Source: Mobula hypostoma (lineage: Eukaryota). From it: a DNA stretch of 64,000 nt. This document shows, one piece after another, positions 48,676-60,720 of this stretch (position 1 is its first letter; each line of letters begins with the position of its first letter). The position numbers and the translations under genes are program-made. The stretch lies in NCBI RefSeq assembly GCF_963921235.1, contig NC_086097.1, positions 132,558,001 through 132,622,000 of the forward strand. The letters are read 5' to 3'. The notes beneath the pieces were generated by a model. That model was not told the origin of the DNA. It saw nothing but the letters and a program-made list of their open reading frames with translations, and ran no database searches.

Positions 48676-49635
48676 TCTGGTAATGCCCCCTCCCCCTTCT
48701 CTATTCCCCATCCCCTTTTCCCTATCTCACCTTTTCTCCTTGCCTGCCATCGCCTCCCTCGGGTGCTCCTCTCCTTTTTTCTTTCTCCCATGGTCCTCTG
48801 TCCTCTTCCATTAGATTCCCCCTTCTCCAGCCCTGTATCTCTTCCACCAATCAACTTCCCAGCTCTTTACTTCAACCCTCCCCCCTCCCAATTTCACATA
48901 TCACCTTCTGTTTCTTCCTCCCCACTCTTCTAACTCTGTCTCCTCATCTATTTTTCTCCAGTTCTGCTGAAGGGTTTTGGTCCGAAATGTTGACTGTACT
49001 TTTCCAGAGATACTGTTTGGCCTGCTGAGTTCCTCCAGCATTTATAGTCATAGTCATAGTCATACTTTATTGATCCCGGGGGAAACTGGTTTTTGTTACA
49101 GTTGCACCATAAATAATAAATAGTAATAAAACCATAAATAGTTAAATAGTAATATGCAAATTATGCCAGTAAATTATGAAATAAGTCCAGGACCAGCCTA
49201 TTGGCTCAGGGTGTCTGACCTTCCAAGGGAGGAGTTGTAAAGTTTGATGGCCACAGGCAGGAATTACTTCCTATGACACTCCATGTTGCATCTCGGTGGA
49301 ACATTACATTATGTAGAGGATGGGAGACATTGTCCAAGATGGCATGCAACTTAGACAGCATCCTCTTTTCAGACACCACAGTGAGAGAGTCCAGTTCCAT
49401 CCCCACAACATCACTGGCCTTACGAATGAGTTTGTTGATTCTGTTGGTGTCTGCTACCCTCAGCCTGCTGTCCCAGCACACAACAGCAAACATGATAGCA
49501 CTGGCCACCACAGACTCGTAGAACATCCTCAGCATCGTCCGGCAGATGTTAAAGGACCTCAGTCTCCTCAGGAAATAGAGACTGCTGTGTGTGTTGCTCG
49601 GATTTCCAGCACCTGCAGATTTTCTCTTGTTTGTG
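48676..49635 (+). mobile_element. Older Penelope-like terminal repeat, split by a LINE at 49044-49582
   Basis: Pyrimidine tract, decayed hammerhead at 48960-48995; module resumes GTGTGTGTTGCTCGGATTTCCAGCACCTGCAG at ~49587. Confidence 0.7.
49044..49582 (-). mobile_element. Rex1-like LINE 3' fragment
   Basis: LYFLRRLRSF..MLRMFYESVVAS; (ATGACT)n tail. Confidence 0.8.
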
Positions 49636-50355
49636 ATTGGTTAAGACCTTCGGTCCTGTATTCAGTCTTTTAGATTTTGTCCACATTTTAGATTGCAACT
49701 TATCTTGTTCACTGCAATTTTGCCTTAACAATAGCCACTCCTCACTACAAATTGCCTCTGTTTATAAACCAGCTAGCTCATCTTCACCATTATCATCCGC
49801 CTTTTCTGTAATACTTCTTGAATTAAATATAGGGAATTCAGGACATGAGTTGCAACATGTTCAACCTTTTGATTCCTAGCTTTGTCTGAGGTCTTACCAA
49901 TGCCTCCATAATTTCTCCACTAACTGTCTAGCAATCTGGTTCTCATTCCCCCGCAATACTAGTTTAAACCCCACCATGTAGCAGGAAATCTTCCTGCTAG
50001 GATATTAGTCCCCTTCCAGTTTAGGCGCAAACTGTCCCTTCAGTACAGGTTCCACTTCCCTGGAAGAGAGCCCAAGATACAAAAATCTTATGACCTCCCT
50101 CCAACACCAACTCTTTAGCCACATATTAAACTATATAATCTTTTTAGTTCTGGCCTCACTAACACGTGGCACAGGCTGCAATTCTGAGATCACAACCATG
50201 GAGGTCTTGGCCTTTAACCGCACCTAACTCCCTGAACTCCCTATGCAGAACTTTGTCATTCCTCCTACCCATGTCATTGGTAAATTCATGGACCATGACC
50301 TCTGGCTGTTCACCCTCCCAGTGCAGAATGCTGAGGACTCAATCTGAGATGCCCC

Positions 50356-52973
50356 AGGCCTTTGTCATGTTAGGCAAAGATCGTAAGATCTTACATCTAC
50401 GGACTCCAGAGCCTGCCGGCCCCGACGCTAGCAGGCATGAACTTTCAATTGCGGCGCATGCCATTGATCTCGGCGGCTCCAACACCTCAGGGCATATTCA
50501 AAACCCGGACTCCAGCAACGACCATGGACACATTCGAAATGATTACGCAACCACCAACTGCGACTCCAGCCTTGAACTCCAGGCCGGGTCTTTATGTGTT
50601 GCTGTTGTGACTCCCGTCTCCCCTTCCCCCACCACCACTCCGCAGCCCCGTCTTCCTCAGATCCCACCGTCAGCTCCTGGGCCCTCAGAGGCTCCATCTT
50701 CCTCTCACCCCAACCCTCCCCTCTCCATTGACACCCCCAGCCTCCCCCCTCCCCCCTCTGATCCCAGCTCTCATCCGTGCCGGGTCTTTACCATCCCCTC
50801 CGACCTTCAACTGTCGGAGGCAGAACGCTCTGTTCTCAGTAAGGGCCTCACCTTTGTCCCCCTTCGCCCACACCTCAGTGAGTTCCGTGTTCGCCATGAT
50901 GCGGAACTTTTCTTCTGCCGTCTCCGTCTCCGAGCCTACTTCTTCGGCAAGGACTCTTCCACCCCCACCGATGACCCCTTCTCCCGTCTTCAACCCTCCT
51001 CTTCTTCATGGACACCCTGCTCTGGTCTTCTGCCTGCTCTGGATCTCTTTATTGCCAACTGCCGACGGGACATCAACCGTCTCGACTTCACCGCATCTTG
51101 TCCCCATTCCAACCTCACTCCTTTGGAACGCTCTGCTCTCCACTCCCTCTGCACTAATCCTAACCTTATTATTAAACCCCCTGATAAGGGGGGTGCTGTT
51201 GTAGTCTGGCGTACTGACCTCTACCTTGCCGAGGCACAGCGACAACTCGCGGATACCTCCTCTTATTTACCCCTCGATCGTGACCCCACCAAGGAGCACC
51301 AGGCCATTGTCTCCCACACTATCACCGACTTTATCCGCTCAGGGGATCTCCCATCCACTGCTACCAACCTTATAGTTCCCACACCCCGCACTTCCCGTTT
51401 CTACCTCCTACCCAAGATCCACAAACCTGCCTGTCCTGGCCGACCTATTGTCTCAGCTTGCTCCTGCCCCACCGAACTCGTTTCTGCATACCTCGACACT
51501 GTTTTATCACCCCTTGTTCAATCCCTTCCGACCAATGTTCGTGACACTTCTCACGCTCTTAAACTTTTCGATGATTTTAAGTTCCCTGGCCCCCACCGCT
51601 TTATTTTCACCATGGATGTCCAGTCCTTATATACTTCCATCCCCCATCAGGAAGGTCTCAAAGCTCTACGCTTCTTTTTGGATTCCAGACCTAATCAGTT
51701 CCCCTCTACCACCACTCTGCTCCGTCTAGCGGAATTAGTCCTTACTCTTAATAATTTCTCCTTTTGCTCCTCCCATTTCCTCCAAACTAAAGGTGTAGCT
51801 ATGGGCACCCGTATGGGTCCTAGCTATGCCTGCCTTTTTGTTGGGTTTGTGGAACAATCTATGTTCCGTGCCTATTCTGGTATCTGTCCCCCACTTTTCC
51901 TTCGCTATATCGACGACTGCATTGGCGCTGCTTCCTGCACGCATGCAGAACTCGTTGACTTTATTAACTTTGCCTCCAACTTTCACCCTGCCCTCAAGTT
52001 TACCTGGTCTATTTCCGACACCTCCCTCCCCTTTCTAGATCTTTCTGTCTCTGTCTCTGGAGACAGCTTATCCACTGATATCTACTATAAGCCTACTGAC
52101 TCTCACAGCTATCTGGACTATTCCTCTTCTCACCCTGTCTCTTGCAAAAACGCCATCCCCTTCTCGCAATTCCTCCGTCTCCGCCGCATCTGCTCTCAGG
52201 ATGAAGCTTTTCATTCTAGGACGAGGGAGATGTCTTCATTTTTTAAAGAAAGGGGCTTCCCTTCCTCCACTATCAACTCTGCTCTTAAACGCATCTCCTC
52301 CATTTCACGTACATCTGCTCTCACTCCATCCTCCCACCACCCCACTAGGAATAGGGTTCCCCTGGTCCTCACCTACCACCCCACCAGCCTCCGGGTCCAA
52401 CATATTATTCTCCGTAACTTCCGCCACCTCCAACGGGATCCCACCACTAAGCACATCTTTCCCTCCCCCCCTCTCTCTGCATTCTGCAGGGATCGCTCCC
52501 TACACAACTCCCTTGTCCATTCGTCCCCCCCATCCCTCCCCACTGATCTCCCTCCTGGCACTTATCCGTGTAAGCGGAACAAGTGCTACACATGCCCTTA
52601 CACTTCCTCCCTTACCACCATTCAGGGCCCCAAACAGTCCTTCCAGGTGAGGCATCACTTCACCTGTGAGTCGACTGGGGTGATATACTGCGTCCGGTGC
52701 TCCCGATGTGGCCTTTTATATATTGGTGAGACCCGACGCAGACTGGGAGACCGCTTTGCTGAACATCTACGCTCTGTCCGCCAGAGAAAGCAGGATCTCC
52801 CAGTGGCCACACATTTTAATTCCACATCCCATTCCCATTCTGACATGTCTATCCACGGCCTCCTCTACTGTAAAGATGAAGCCACACTCAGGTTGGAGGA
52901 ACAACACCTTATATTCCATCTGGGTAGCCTCCAACCTGATGGCATGAACATTGACTTCTCTAACTTCCGCTAG
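50356..52973 (+). CDS. Penelope-like RT + GIY-YIG endonuclease polyprotein (open ~870 codons; true start uncertain)
   Basis: DKGG, FYLLPKIHK, GRPIVS, MDVQSLYTSIP, GVAMG, FLRYIDD, LPFLD, CKRNKCYTC linker, GVIYCVRCSRCGLLYIGET, RFAEH and GMN. Confidence 0.9.
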
Positions 52974-53265
52974 GCCCCACCTCCCCCTCGTACCCCAGCT
53001 GTTACTCCTTTTTATGCACACATTCTTTCTCTCACTCTCCTTTTTCTCCCTCTGTCCCTCTGAATATACCTCTTGCCCATCCTCTGGGTCACCCCCCCCC
53101 GTCTTTCTCCCTAGGCCTCCTGTCCCATGATCCTCTCGTATCCCCTTTTGCCTATCACCTGTCCAGCTCTCGGCTCTATCCCTCCCCCTCCTGTCTTCTC
53201 CTATCATTTTGCATCTCCCCCTCCCCCTCCAGCTTTCAAATCCCTTACTCACTCTTCCTTCAGTT

Positions 53266-53301
53266 AGTCCTGACGAAGGGTCTCGGCCTGAAACGTCGAC
53301 T
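53266..53301 (+). ncRNA. Minimal type-I hammerhead ribozyme motif
   Basis: AGTC CTGACGA AGGGTCTCGGCCT GAAA CG TC GACT. Confidence 0.75.
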
Positions 53302-53669
53302 GCGCCTCTTCCTATAGATGCTGCCTGGCCTGCTGCGTTCACCAGCAACTTTGATGTATGTTGCTTGAATTTCCAGCATCTGCAGAATTCCTGTTGTATA
53401 CCATCGGGGAATCTCATTCTCGCCTACAGAACCTCCTATCCATTCCTCTAACTAATGAACTCCCTCAATTTGACTTGAAAGCTGTAAATTTTGATGAATA
53501 AGTTATTCTGCATCACATTCATTACCAACCATAAAGGAAAGAGAAGTCCTCACTTGCCTGTGTTATTTGATTGGGGCTAAGACAGATCTAAACATCCCTA
53601 GACAGGTCTTTGATGACTCAAGAGGTTACAGATGCTGGATCCTTGATTTCTTCTCTTGCTGACCCCAGT

Positions 53670-56555
53670 CAGTTCATAAAGGCAACAACATCTCCTTTAC
53701 GATCTCTATCAGCACAGGTGATCCACAAGGCTGTGAGCTTAGCCCCCTGCTCTACTTACAGCAGAGTGGCTAAGCACAGCTCTGATACCATATTCAAATT
53801 TGCTGATGACATTATTGCTGTAGGCTGAATCAAAGGTGGTGATGAATCAGCGTATGAGGAAGTTTGAAAATCTGGCTAAATGGTGCCATAATAACAACCT
53901 GTCACTCAGTGTTCGCAAAACCGAGAAGCAAGGAGTTTGCGAAGATTCAGCATGACATCTAAAACTTTGACAAACTTCTATATATGTGTAGTGGTGTAGT
54001 GGAGACTATATTGACTGGCTGTATCATAGCCTGTTATGGAAACATCAATGCCCTTGAATGGGAAATCCTACAAAAGTAGTGAATACATCCTAGTCCAACA
54101 TGTACAAGGTCCTCCCCACCACTGAGCACAACTACAGGAAGCAATTTTGCAGAAAAGCAACATCCATCATCAGGGACTTCCGCCACCCAGGACATGCTCT
54201 CTTCTCACTGCTGCCATCAGGAAGAAGGTACAGGAGTCTTAGTACTCACACCACCAGGTTCAGGAACAGCTATTGCCCCCTCAACCATCAGGCTCTTGAA
54301 CCAAAGGGGATAACTTTCCTCGACTTCACTTGCCAGTTTAAGATGGCACTGGTGAAGCACAACAACTATTTGGTGGTAGCAAACAAAGCAGCTAACTACT
54401 TTATTAATCACACTCTTTGAGGTAAGTGATCACTACAATCAATAGCTTATAACCTTCCTTTCAGGGTCGAACATTTGAACCACCTGTACGATCTGGCATT
54501 TTTGCAGTGTGAACTGAAGTCACAAAGGTGCAGGATTGTTGCGGCATAGTGTGTATGAGCTGATTCAATGCATTGGGGCCGAGGCGTGACAGTGAGGAAT
54601 CAGCCAATGTACGGCCATTGCTGGAGCATACTTGGAGGTGATTCAAGTTCAAAGTGCATTTATTATTAAAGTACGTATACTTTATACACCCTTGAGGCTT
54701 GTCTTCTTACAGGCAGCTACAAAACAAAGAAACCAAATAGAACCTATTAAAACAAAAGACCATCAAACTCCCAGCGTGCAGAGAAAAAAATCACGCAAAT
54801 AATAGAAGTAAGCAAATCGCATTCAGAACTGAAGTTCACAAAAGTGAGTCCACGCTCTTTGATAGTTGCAGGCCACATACAGTTCAGTGAAGAGATGAGG
54901 AAACCTCCCAGAGCAACAAGATGAAGTTCAGTGCAGAGCTGAGTAAAACATGTGGAGCTGCGAATGATCCAGCCTATCCCTTGCCTCTGGCCCTGACACC
55001 CTAACCTTGATGTTTTCAATCTGGCCCGGCACTTAAATCACTCAAATCTCAAGTCATTCCTTGTCCTCAGTTCTGGGACCTGTCGCCTCGATACACTCTC
55101 GGGTTGGTGCTCCGCTACTTCAATTCAACCCGCACCCAACTTTTCCATCTCGGCTTGATGCTTGAATCAATCATACCTAGTGTTCTTCCTTGCCCTCAAT
55201 CCCGGGTCCGGGCTCCGTCTCCTCGACTCTGCATCATCTCTGCTCTCCACGTCTCGGTTCTGCCGAATTGAATTGCCTCCAGGTCCACACCAGCCAAACA
55301 TTGGCTTGTTCCCTGCTCTCTGGCCCAGACATCACCAGCTCGATTCAGCCTGTATACACCTCGCTACAACTGTCCCGCACCTTTGAGACTTCAGTTCCAA
55401 CCTCAATAACGCCAGGTCTTGCAGGTGGTTCAAAAGCTCAACTCTGATAAGGAAGTTCCAGACTATTGTTTGCCTAGATTGTTTACCAGAAAAGGTGTGA
55501 TTAATAAAGTATTTAGGTGTTTTGCTTTTTTATTTGGCACTAGCAGGTAGTCGCTGAGCTTCACCAGTGCCATCTTAAACTGGCAGAACTGAGGCGAGCG
55601 GAGGTGAGGCAAAGTTGCAGCAGTGGGGCTCAGGCCTGGGATTGAGAATGAGGAAAGATCTGATGTTTATCCAATTTAAGTGCTGGGCCAAATAGCAAAG
55701 GTCAGATCTGGGCCAAATCGTGGTGGCAGAGCCGAGGCCCGAGTGCGTACTGAAGTAGCAGGGCCCAAGTCCAAGAGCAAGTAACGACCCAAGGTTTGAT
55801 CGATTTAAGCACCTGGCCGAAATAGAAAGGTTAGGTACAGGCCGCATATAGGCAGCGGGGACTTGACTCAAGAGCATAGCGAAGCAGCAGGGCCTAGCTC
55901 TGAGAGTGAGGAACGGCCTAAGGTTTGGATGATTTAAACACTGGGCCAGACTGAGGAACAGGCCTGTCCAGCTCACTGCTTCACGAGGTTTACTCATCTC
56001 TGTGTTGAATTGAAGCTGTGGCTTGCAAATACTACATCTGCTGCAGTGATGACAGGCGGCACGAACTTCAATTTATTGCTTGCTTTTTGTTGTTTGCACA
56101 ATTTTTTTTTGTTTCTGCACACTGGGTGTTTGATGGTCTCTGTTTTTTAATGGGTTCTATTGCATCTCTTATTTGTGGCTGCCTGTAAGGAGACAATTCT
56201 CAAGGTTACAGATGGTATAAATACTTAGATAATAAATGTAGTTTAAACTTTGAACTTTGCCCGATCAGTGAAATGTTCCCACAACCTAAGGATTCTCTTG
56301 CAAGGAGTCATCTCATGTTCTCAAGATTTGTGTCTTATTTATTTATCATGATTATTTCTTCCTTTTTGTATTTGCACAGTTTGTTGTCTTCTGCACTCTG
56401 GTTGAATGTCCAAGTAGGTGTGGTCTTTCACTGATTCTATTATGGTTCTTATTGCATTATGGATTTATTGAGTATGCCTACAAGAAAATGAATCTCAGAG
56501 TTGTATATGATGATATACATGTACTTTGATAATAAATTTGCTTTGAACTTTGAAC
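53670..56555 (+). mobile_element. Decayed Rex1-like LINE with a nested insert at 54331-56258
   Basis: IFKFADD and HPGHALFSLLPSGRRYRS; 3' UTR resumes at ~56259 and ends (TTTGAAC)n. Confidence 0.75.
54331..56258. mobile_element. Two related non-coding retroposons nested in opposite orientation (outer +, inner - at ~54642-55585)
   Basis: Identical 28-bp 5' ends at 54331-54358(+) and 55558-55585(-); each has its own AATAAA/(TTTGAAC)-type tail. Confidence 0.6.
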
Positions 56556-57679
56556 CTGGAGCAACCATCTATCTGCTGTAGGAACTCAGCAAGTTGAGCA
56601 GCATCTTTGGGGGTTATGGAATCGTCAATATTTCGGGTCGAAATATTGCATCAGGTTATTGATGAAGTACTTTATCTGGGTCTGCAGAAAATCCAGCTTT
56701 CACATCACCAGTTGCTGATTCTTTGAACTAATAAAAGTGTTTTGGTCCAGAATGGTCTACAGGATGCCCCCTATTCTGAGAGTGTGTTGCTGATCTCATA
56801 TTTTGCTGTTGGGATCTGAGCAGAGTAGTCCTAGAACATCACGCCATCTCACTGCATGTTCAATGTCAAAGTTCAAGGTAAATTTATTATCAAAGTACAT
56901 ATATGTTACCATATACCATGTTCACCAGGCGGAGTCTGGTGGGAACGTGGAATTAAGGCAGCGGAGAAAGTTCTAGGAGAATATGATTCAGAAACCTACA
57001 AGAACAACTCCTGAATTACTCCAGGAATCAACACAAACACTGCTCCTGTCAACAGAAGAATATCCCTTAACAGTCTGGAGTGGTATGGAGTTAACACAGT
57101 TAACTCCAGACCACTTTCACACTGACTGCATAAAAACATAGCGGAACACTTAGATGCAAATTAGATTGAAACCAAGGGTACAGTGTTCCACAGGTATCTC
57201 TAACTAGGATAGATTATCCCAGTCAAATGGAATCCAGGTGCAGAACTCAAGACATGTCCCTAGAAGATCCAGACAAAATTACAGTGCATTAAATATTAAG
57301 TGTGAAGTACTGGGTTTCTGCTGTGTTTCAAGAATTGCCAGGTATCAGAATAGTAAGGTTAATTACAGTAATGGTATGGTTTCAGGTGTGGAACCGTATA
57401 GAGTAACACGGGGTTTGAGTTTAAAGATGTCTATATCGTCAAGGCTTTCGACACAACACATTCTGCCAATGTGAGTGCTTGTTGAGAGTGCCAAACTTTA
57501 TCCTCAGTCTTCACATGTGAATTGGTTTTAAAAGTGGTGAAGCTGTCAGTTGACTCCTGTCAACTATCAGCTCACGTCAGATACAGGTCTCTATAAATAA
57601 CGAAGCAATAAGGCTTTTCTGCAACTGCTGCACTCTCAAAACATCGGCACAAATTCCATCAAGTAACTCCATGGAATAA

Positions 57680-57812
57680 GGGGCCAAAGTGTTTCAGCTA
57701 ATCGAGCTGCTGCCTTACAGCATCAGAGACGCGGGTTAAATCCTGACCTGGGTTACACATTTTCCGTGTGACCATGGCGGCTTTCCTCTGGGTTCTCCAT
57801 GTTCATCCCACG
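57680..57812 (+). mobile_element. V-SINE fragment
   Basis: GAGCTGCTGCCTTACAGC..GGGTTAAATCCTGACC head and GTGACC...TTTCCTCTGG core. Confidence 0.55.
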
Positions 57813-59559
57813 TTGCAGGATGTGGAAAGGCAGGGAGACCTTGCAGTTTTCCCTGACGAATACAATTGCAAGAAGTGCATCCACCTGCACCTGCTTTCAG
57901 GCCACGTTAAGAAATTGGAGTGGAACTGGATGAACTCAGATCATTCAGAAGGCTGGGGGGGGTGATAGACAGGACATACAGGGAGGTAGTTACACCCAAG
58001 GTGCAGGACCCAGTTAACCAGATGACTGTCAGGAGGGGGCAAGGGGAAAGGCAGCTAATGCAGACTACTGCTATTGCTGTATCCCTTAAGAACAGTTATA
58101 CCGGTTTGGATATTGTAGGGGAAATATCCTAGTGGAGGAAAGCCACAGATGTCAGGTCTTTGGCACTCAGTCTGGCTCTGGGCTCAGAAAGGAAGATGGG
58201 AGAAGAAGTGATCTGTAGTGAAAGGGGATTTAATAATTAGGAAAACAGAGAGCAAGTTCTGTGGGCAGGAACACAATTCCTGGATGGTATGTTGCCACCC
58301 AGGTTTCAAGGTCAGAAACATCTCCACTTGAGTCCACATCATTCTTAACTGGGAGGAGTAAACAGCTAGAGGTCATGGTCCACTTTGTTACTCATGACAT
58401 AGGTAGGTAGGATGATGAGGTCCTGCAAAGTATTCAGGGAGTTAGATGCTAAGCTGAAGGCATAGGGTTGTGATCTCAAGATTGCTACCTGTGCCACATG
58501 CTATTGAGGCCAGAAATATGAAGATCATACAGTTTAACATGTGGCTAAGGAGATGGCACAGGATTGAGGGCTTTAGATTTTGGATCATTCGGCTCTTTTC
58601 CTGGGAAGGTGAGATCTGTATGGAATAGACTGTTTATACCTGAACTGGATGGGGACTAGTATCCTTTTGTGAAGGTTTGTTAGTGATACATGAGAAGTGG
58701 GAGCGGGGGGTTGGAGGGGAGAATTTTAGGGTGGTGGGAGCCAGAGTGCCAGAGTGGAGTAGTTGATGTTGTTAAGCCTACATACGAAGTCATGAATCAA
58801 AAGGTTGAGCATGGTGGGGCTAATGTTCTAAGTGGTGTATATTTCAAAACAAGGAACATTATAGGAAAGGCAGATAAGATTAGAGCATGGATCAGCACAT
58901 AGAATTATGACATTGTAGCCACTAGTGAGGAAGGCTAGGACAGGAAGCTCATTGTTTTGGGATATTGTTATTTTAGATGTGATAGAACAAGATGGATTAA
59001 AGGGAGAATGTTGGCTTTGGTAGTCATGGAAAATGTCATGGCAGTGTTCAGACAGAATAGATAGACAACTCGTTTAGTGAGACTTTACATGTGGATTTGA
59101 GGAATAAAGAATGGATGACCATATTAATGGGATTATATCATAGACCATCCAACAGTCCTCCAGATTTAGAGGAGCAAATTTGTAGACAGATGGCAGACTA
59201 TTGCAAGAAACTTAAGATTGTGATAGTAGGTGATTTTAACTTTCCTCATATAAACTGGGATAACAAACTGTAAAAGGCCTGGATGGGGAAGTGGTTGTCA
59301 AATGTGTTCTGGAAAGTTTCCTTAATCAGTACATAGAGTTCTCAACCAGAAAGTGTGTGATGCTAGATCTACTATTAGGAATGAGACAGACAGGTAACCG
59401 AAGTTTGTGTAGGGGAACACTTTGCATCTAGTGATCATAGTGCAATTAGTTTCAATATGTTTATGGAGAAGGATAGGTCTGGTCCTCAGTCAAGATTCTA
59501 AATTTGAGGAAGGCAAATTTCAGTCATATCAGATAGGATCTGGCAAGTATGGACTAGGA

Positions 59560-60720
59560 TTTCTCTTTTTTTAAAGAAAGGGGCTTCCCTTCCTCCACTA
59601 TCAACTCTGCTCTTAAACGCATCTCCCCCATTTCACGTACATCTGCTCTCACTTCATCCTCCCGCCACCCCACTAGGAATACGGTTCCCCTGGACCTCAC
59701 CTACCACCCCACCAGCCTCCGGGTCCAACATATTATTCTGCATGACTTCCGCCACCTCCAATGGGATTCCACCACTAAGCACATCTTTCCCTCCCCCCCC
59801 CCTGCATTCAGCAGGGATCGCTCCCTACGCAACTCCCTTGTCCATTCGTCCCCCCCATCCCTCCCCACTGATCTCCCTCCTGGCACTTATCCGTGTAAGC
59901 GGAACAAATGCTACACATGCCCTTACACTTCCTCCCTTGCCACCATTCAGGGCCCCAAACAGTCCTTCCAGGTGAGGCAACACTTCACCTGTGAGTCAGC
60001 TAGGGTGATATACTGCGTCCGGTGTGGCCTTTTATATATTGGTGAGACCCAACGCAGACTGGGAGACCGCTTTACTGAACACCTACGCTCTGTCTGCCAG
60101 AGAAAGCAGGATCTCCCAGTGGCCACACATTTTAATTCCACATCCCATTCCCATTCTGACATGTCTATCCACGGCCTCCTCTACTGTAAAGATGAAGCCA
60201 CACTCAGGTTGAAGGAACAACACCTTATATTCTGTCTGGGTAGCCTCCAACCTGATGGCATGAACATCGACTTCTCTAACTTCCGCTAATGCCCCACCTC
60301 CCCCTCGTATCCCATCTGTTACTTATTTTTATACACACATTCTTTCTCTCACTCTCCTTTTTCTCCCTCTGTCCCTCTGAATATACCCCTTGCCCATCCT
60401 CTGGGTCCCCCCCTCCCCTCCTTGTCTTTCTTCCCGGACCTCCTGTCCCATGATCCTCTCGTATCCCTTTTGCCTATCACCTGTCCAGCTCTTGGCTCCA
60501 TCCCTCCCCCTCCTGTCTTCTCCTATTATTTCGGATCTCCCCCTCCCCCTCCCACTTTCAAATCCCTTACTCACTCTTCCTTCAGTTAGTCCTGACGAAG
60601 GGTCTCGGCCTGAAACGTCGACTGCACCTCTTCCTAGAGATGCTGCCTGGCCTGCTGCGTTCACCAGCAACGTTGATGTGTGTTGCTTGAATTTCCAGCA
60701 TCTGCAGAATTCCTGTTGTT
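59560..60720 (+). mobile_element. 5'-truncated Penelope-like copy
   Basis: GIY-YIG plus 3' UTR; 12-bp TSD TATGGACT(A/G)GGA at 59548-59559 and 60721-60732. Confidence 0.92.
60588..60623 (+). ncRNA. Minimal type-I hammerhead ribozyme motif
   Basis: AGTC CTGACGA AGGGTCTCGGCCT GAAA CG TC GACT. Confidence 0.75.

Larger units (their letters stand above)
50356..53396 (+). mobile_element. Penelope-like element (Neptune type), long, young copy
   Basis: Uninterrupted RT + GIY-YIG ORF, 3' UTR with hammerhead and terminal module; inserted in CR1 ORF1 with no visible TSD. Confidence 0.95.
42196..53460 (-). mobile_element. CR1 LINE fragmented by multiple nested insertions
   Basis: Collinear CR1 pieces at 42196-42561, 45676-47106, 47735-48675, 49636-50355 and 53397-53460 (3' tail, RT, APE, ORF1). 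Confidence 0.85.

Noticed and set aside
50166..50355. N-terminal ~63 aa of the 935-aa ORF
   Set aside because: It is antisense CR1 ORF1 sequence that happens to be in frame with the Penelope ORF; there is no evidence of a real fusion protein.
52974..53396. SECIS/selenoprotein recoding as in Naiad-type Penelope elements
   Set aside because: The ORF has no in-frame TGA, domain order is RT-EN, and the TGA..GA motif fits a hammerhead core better.
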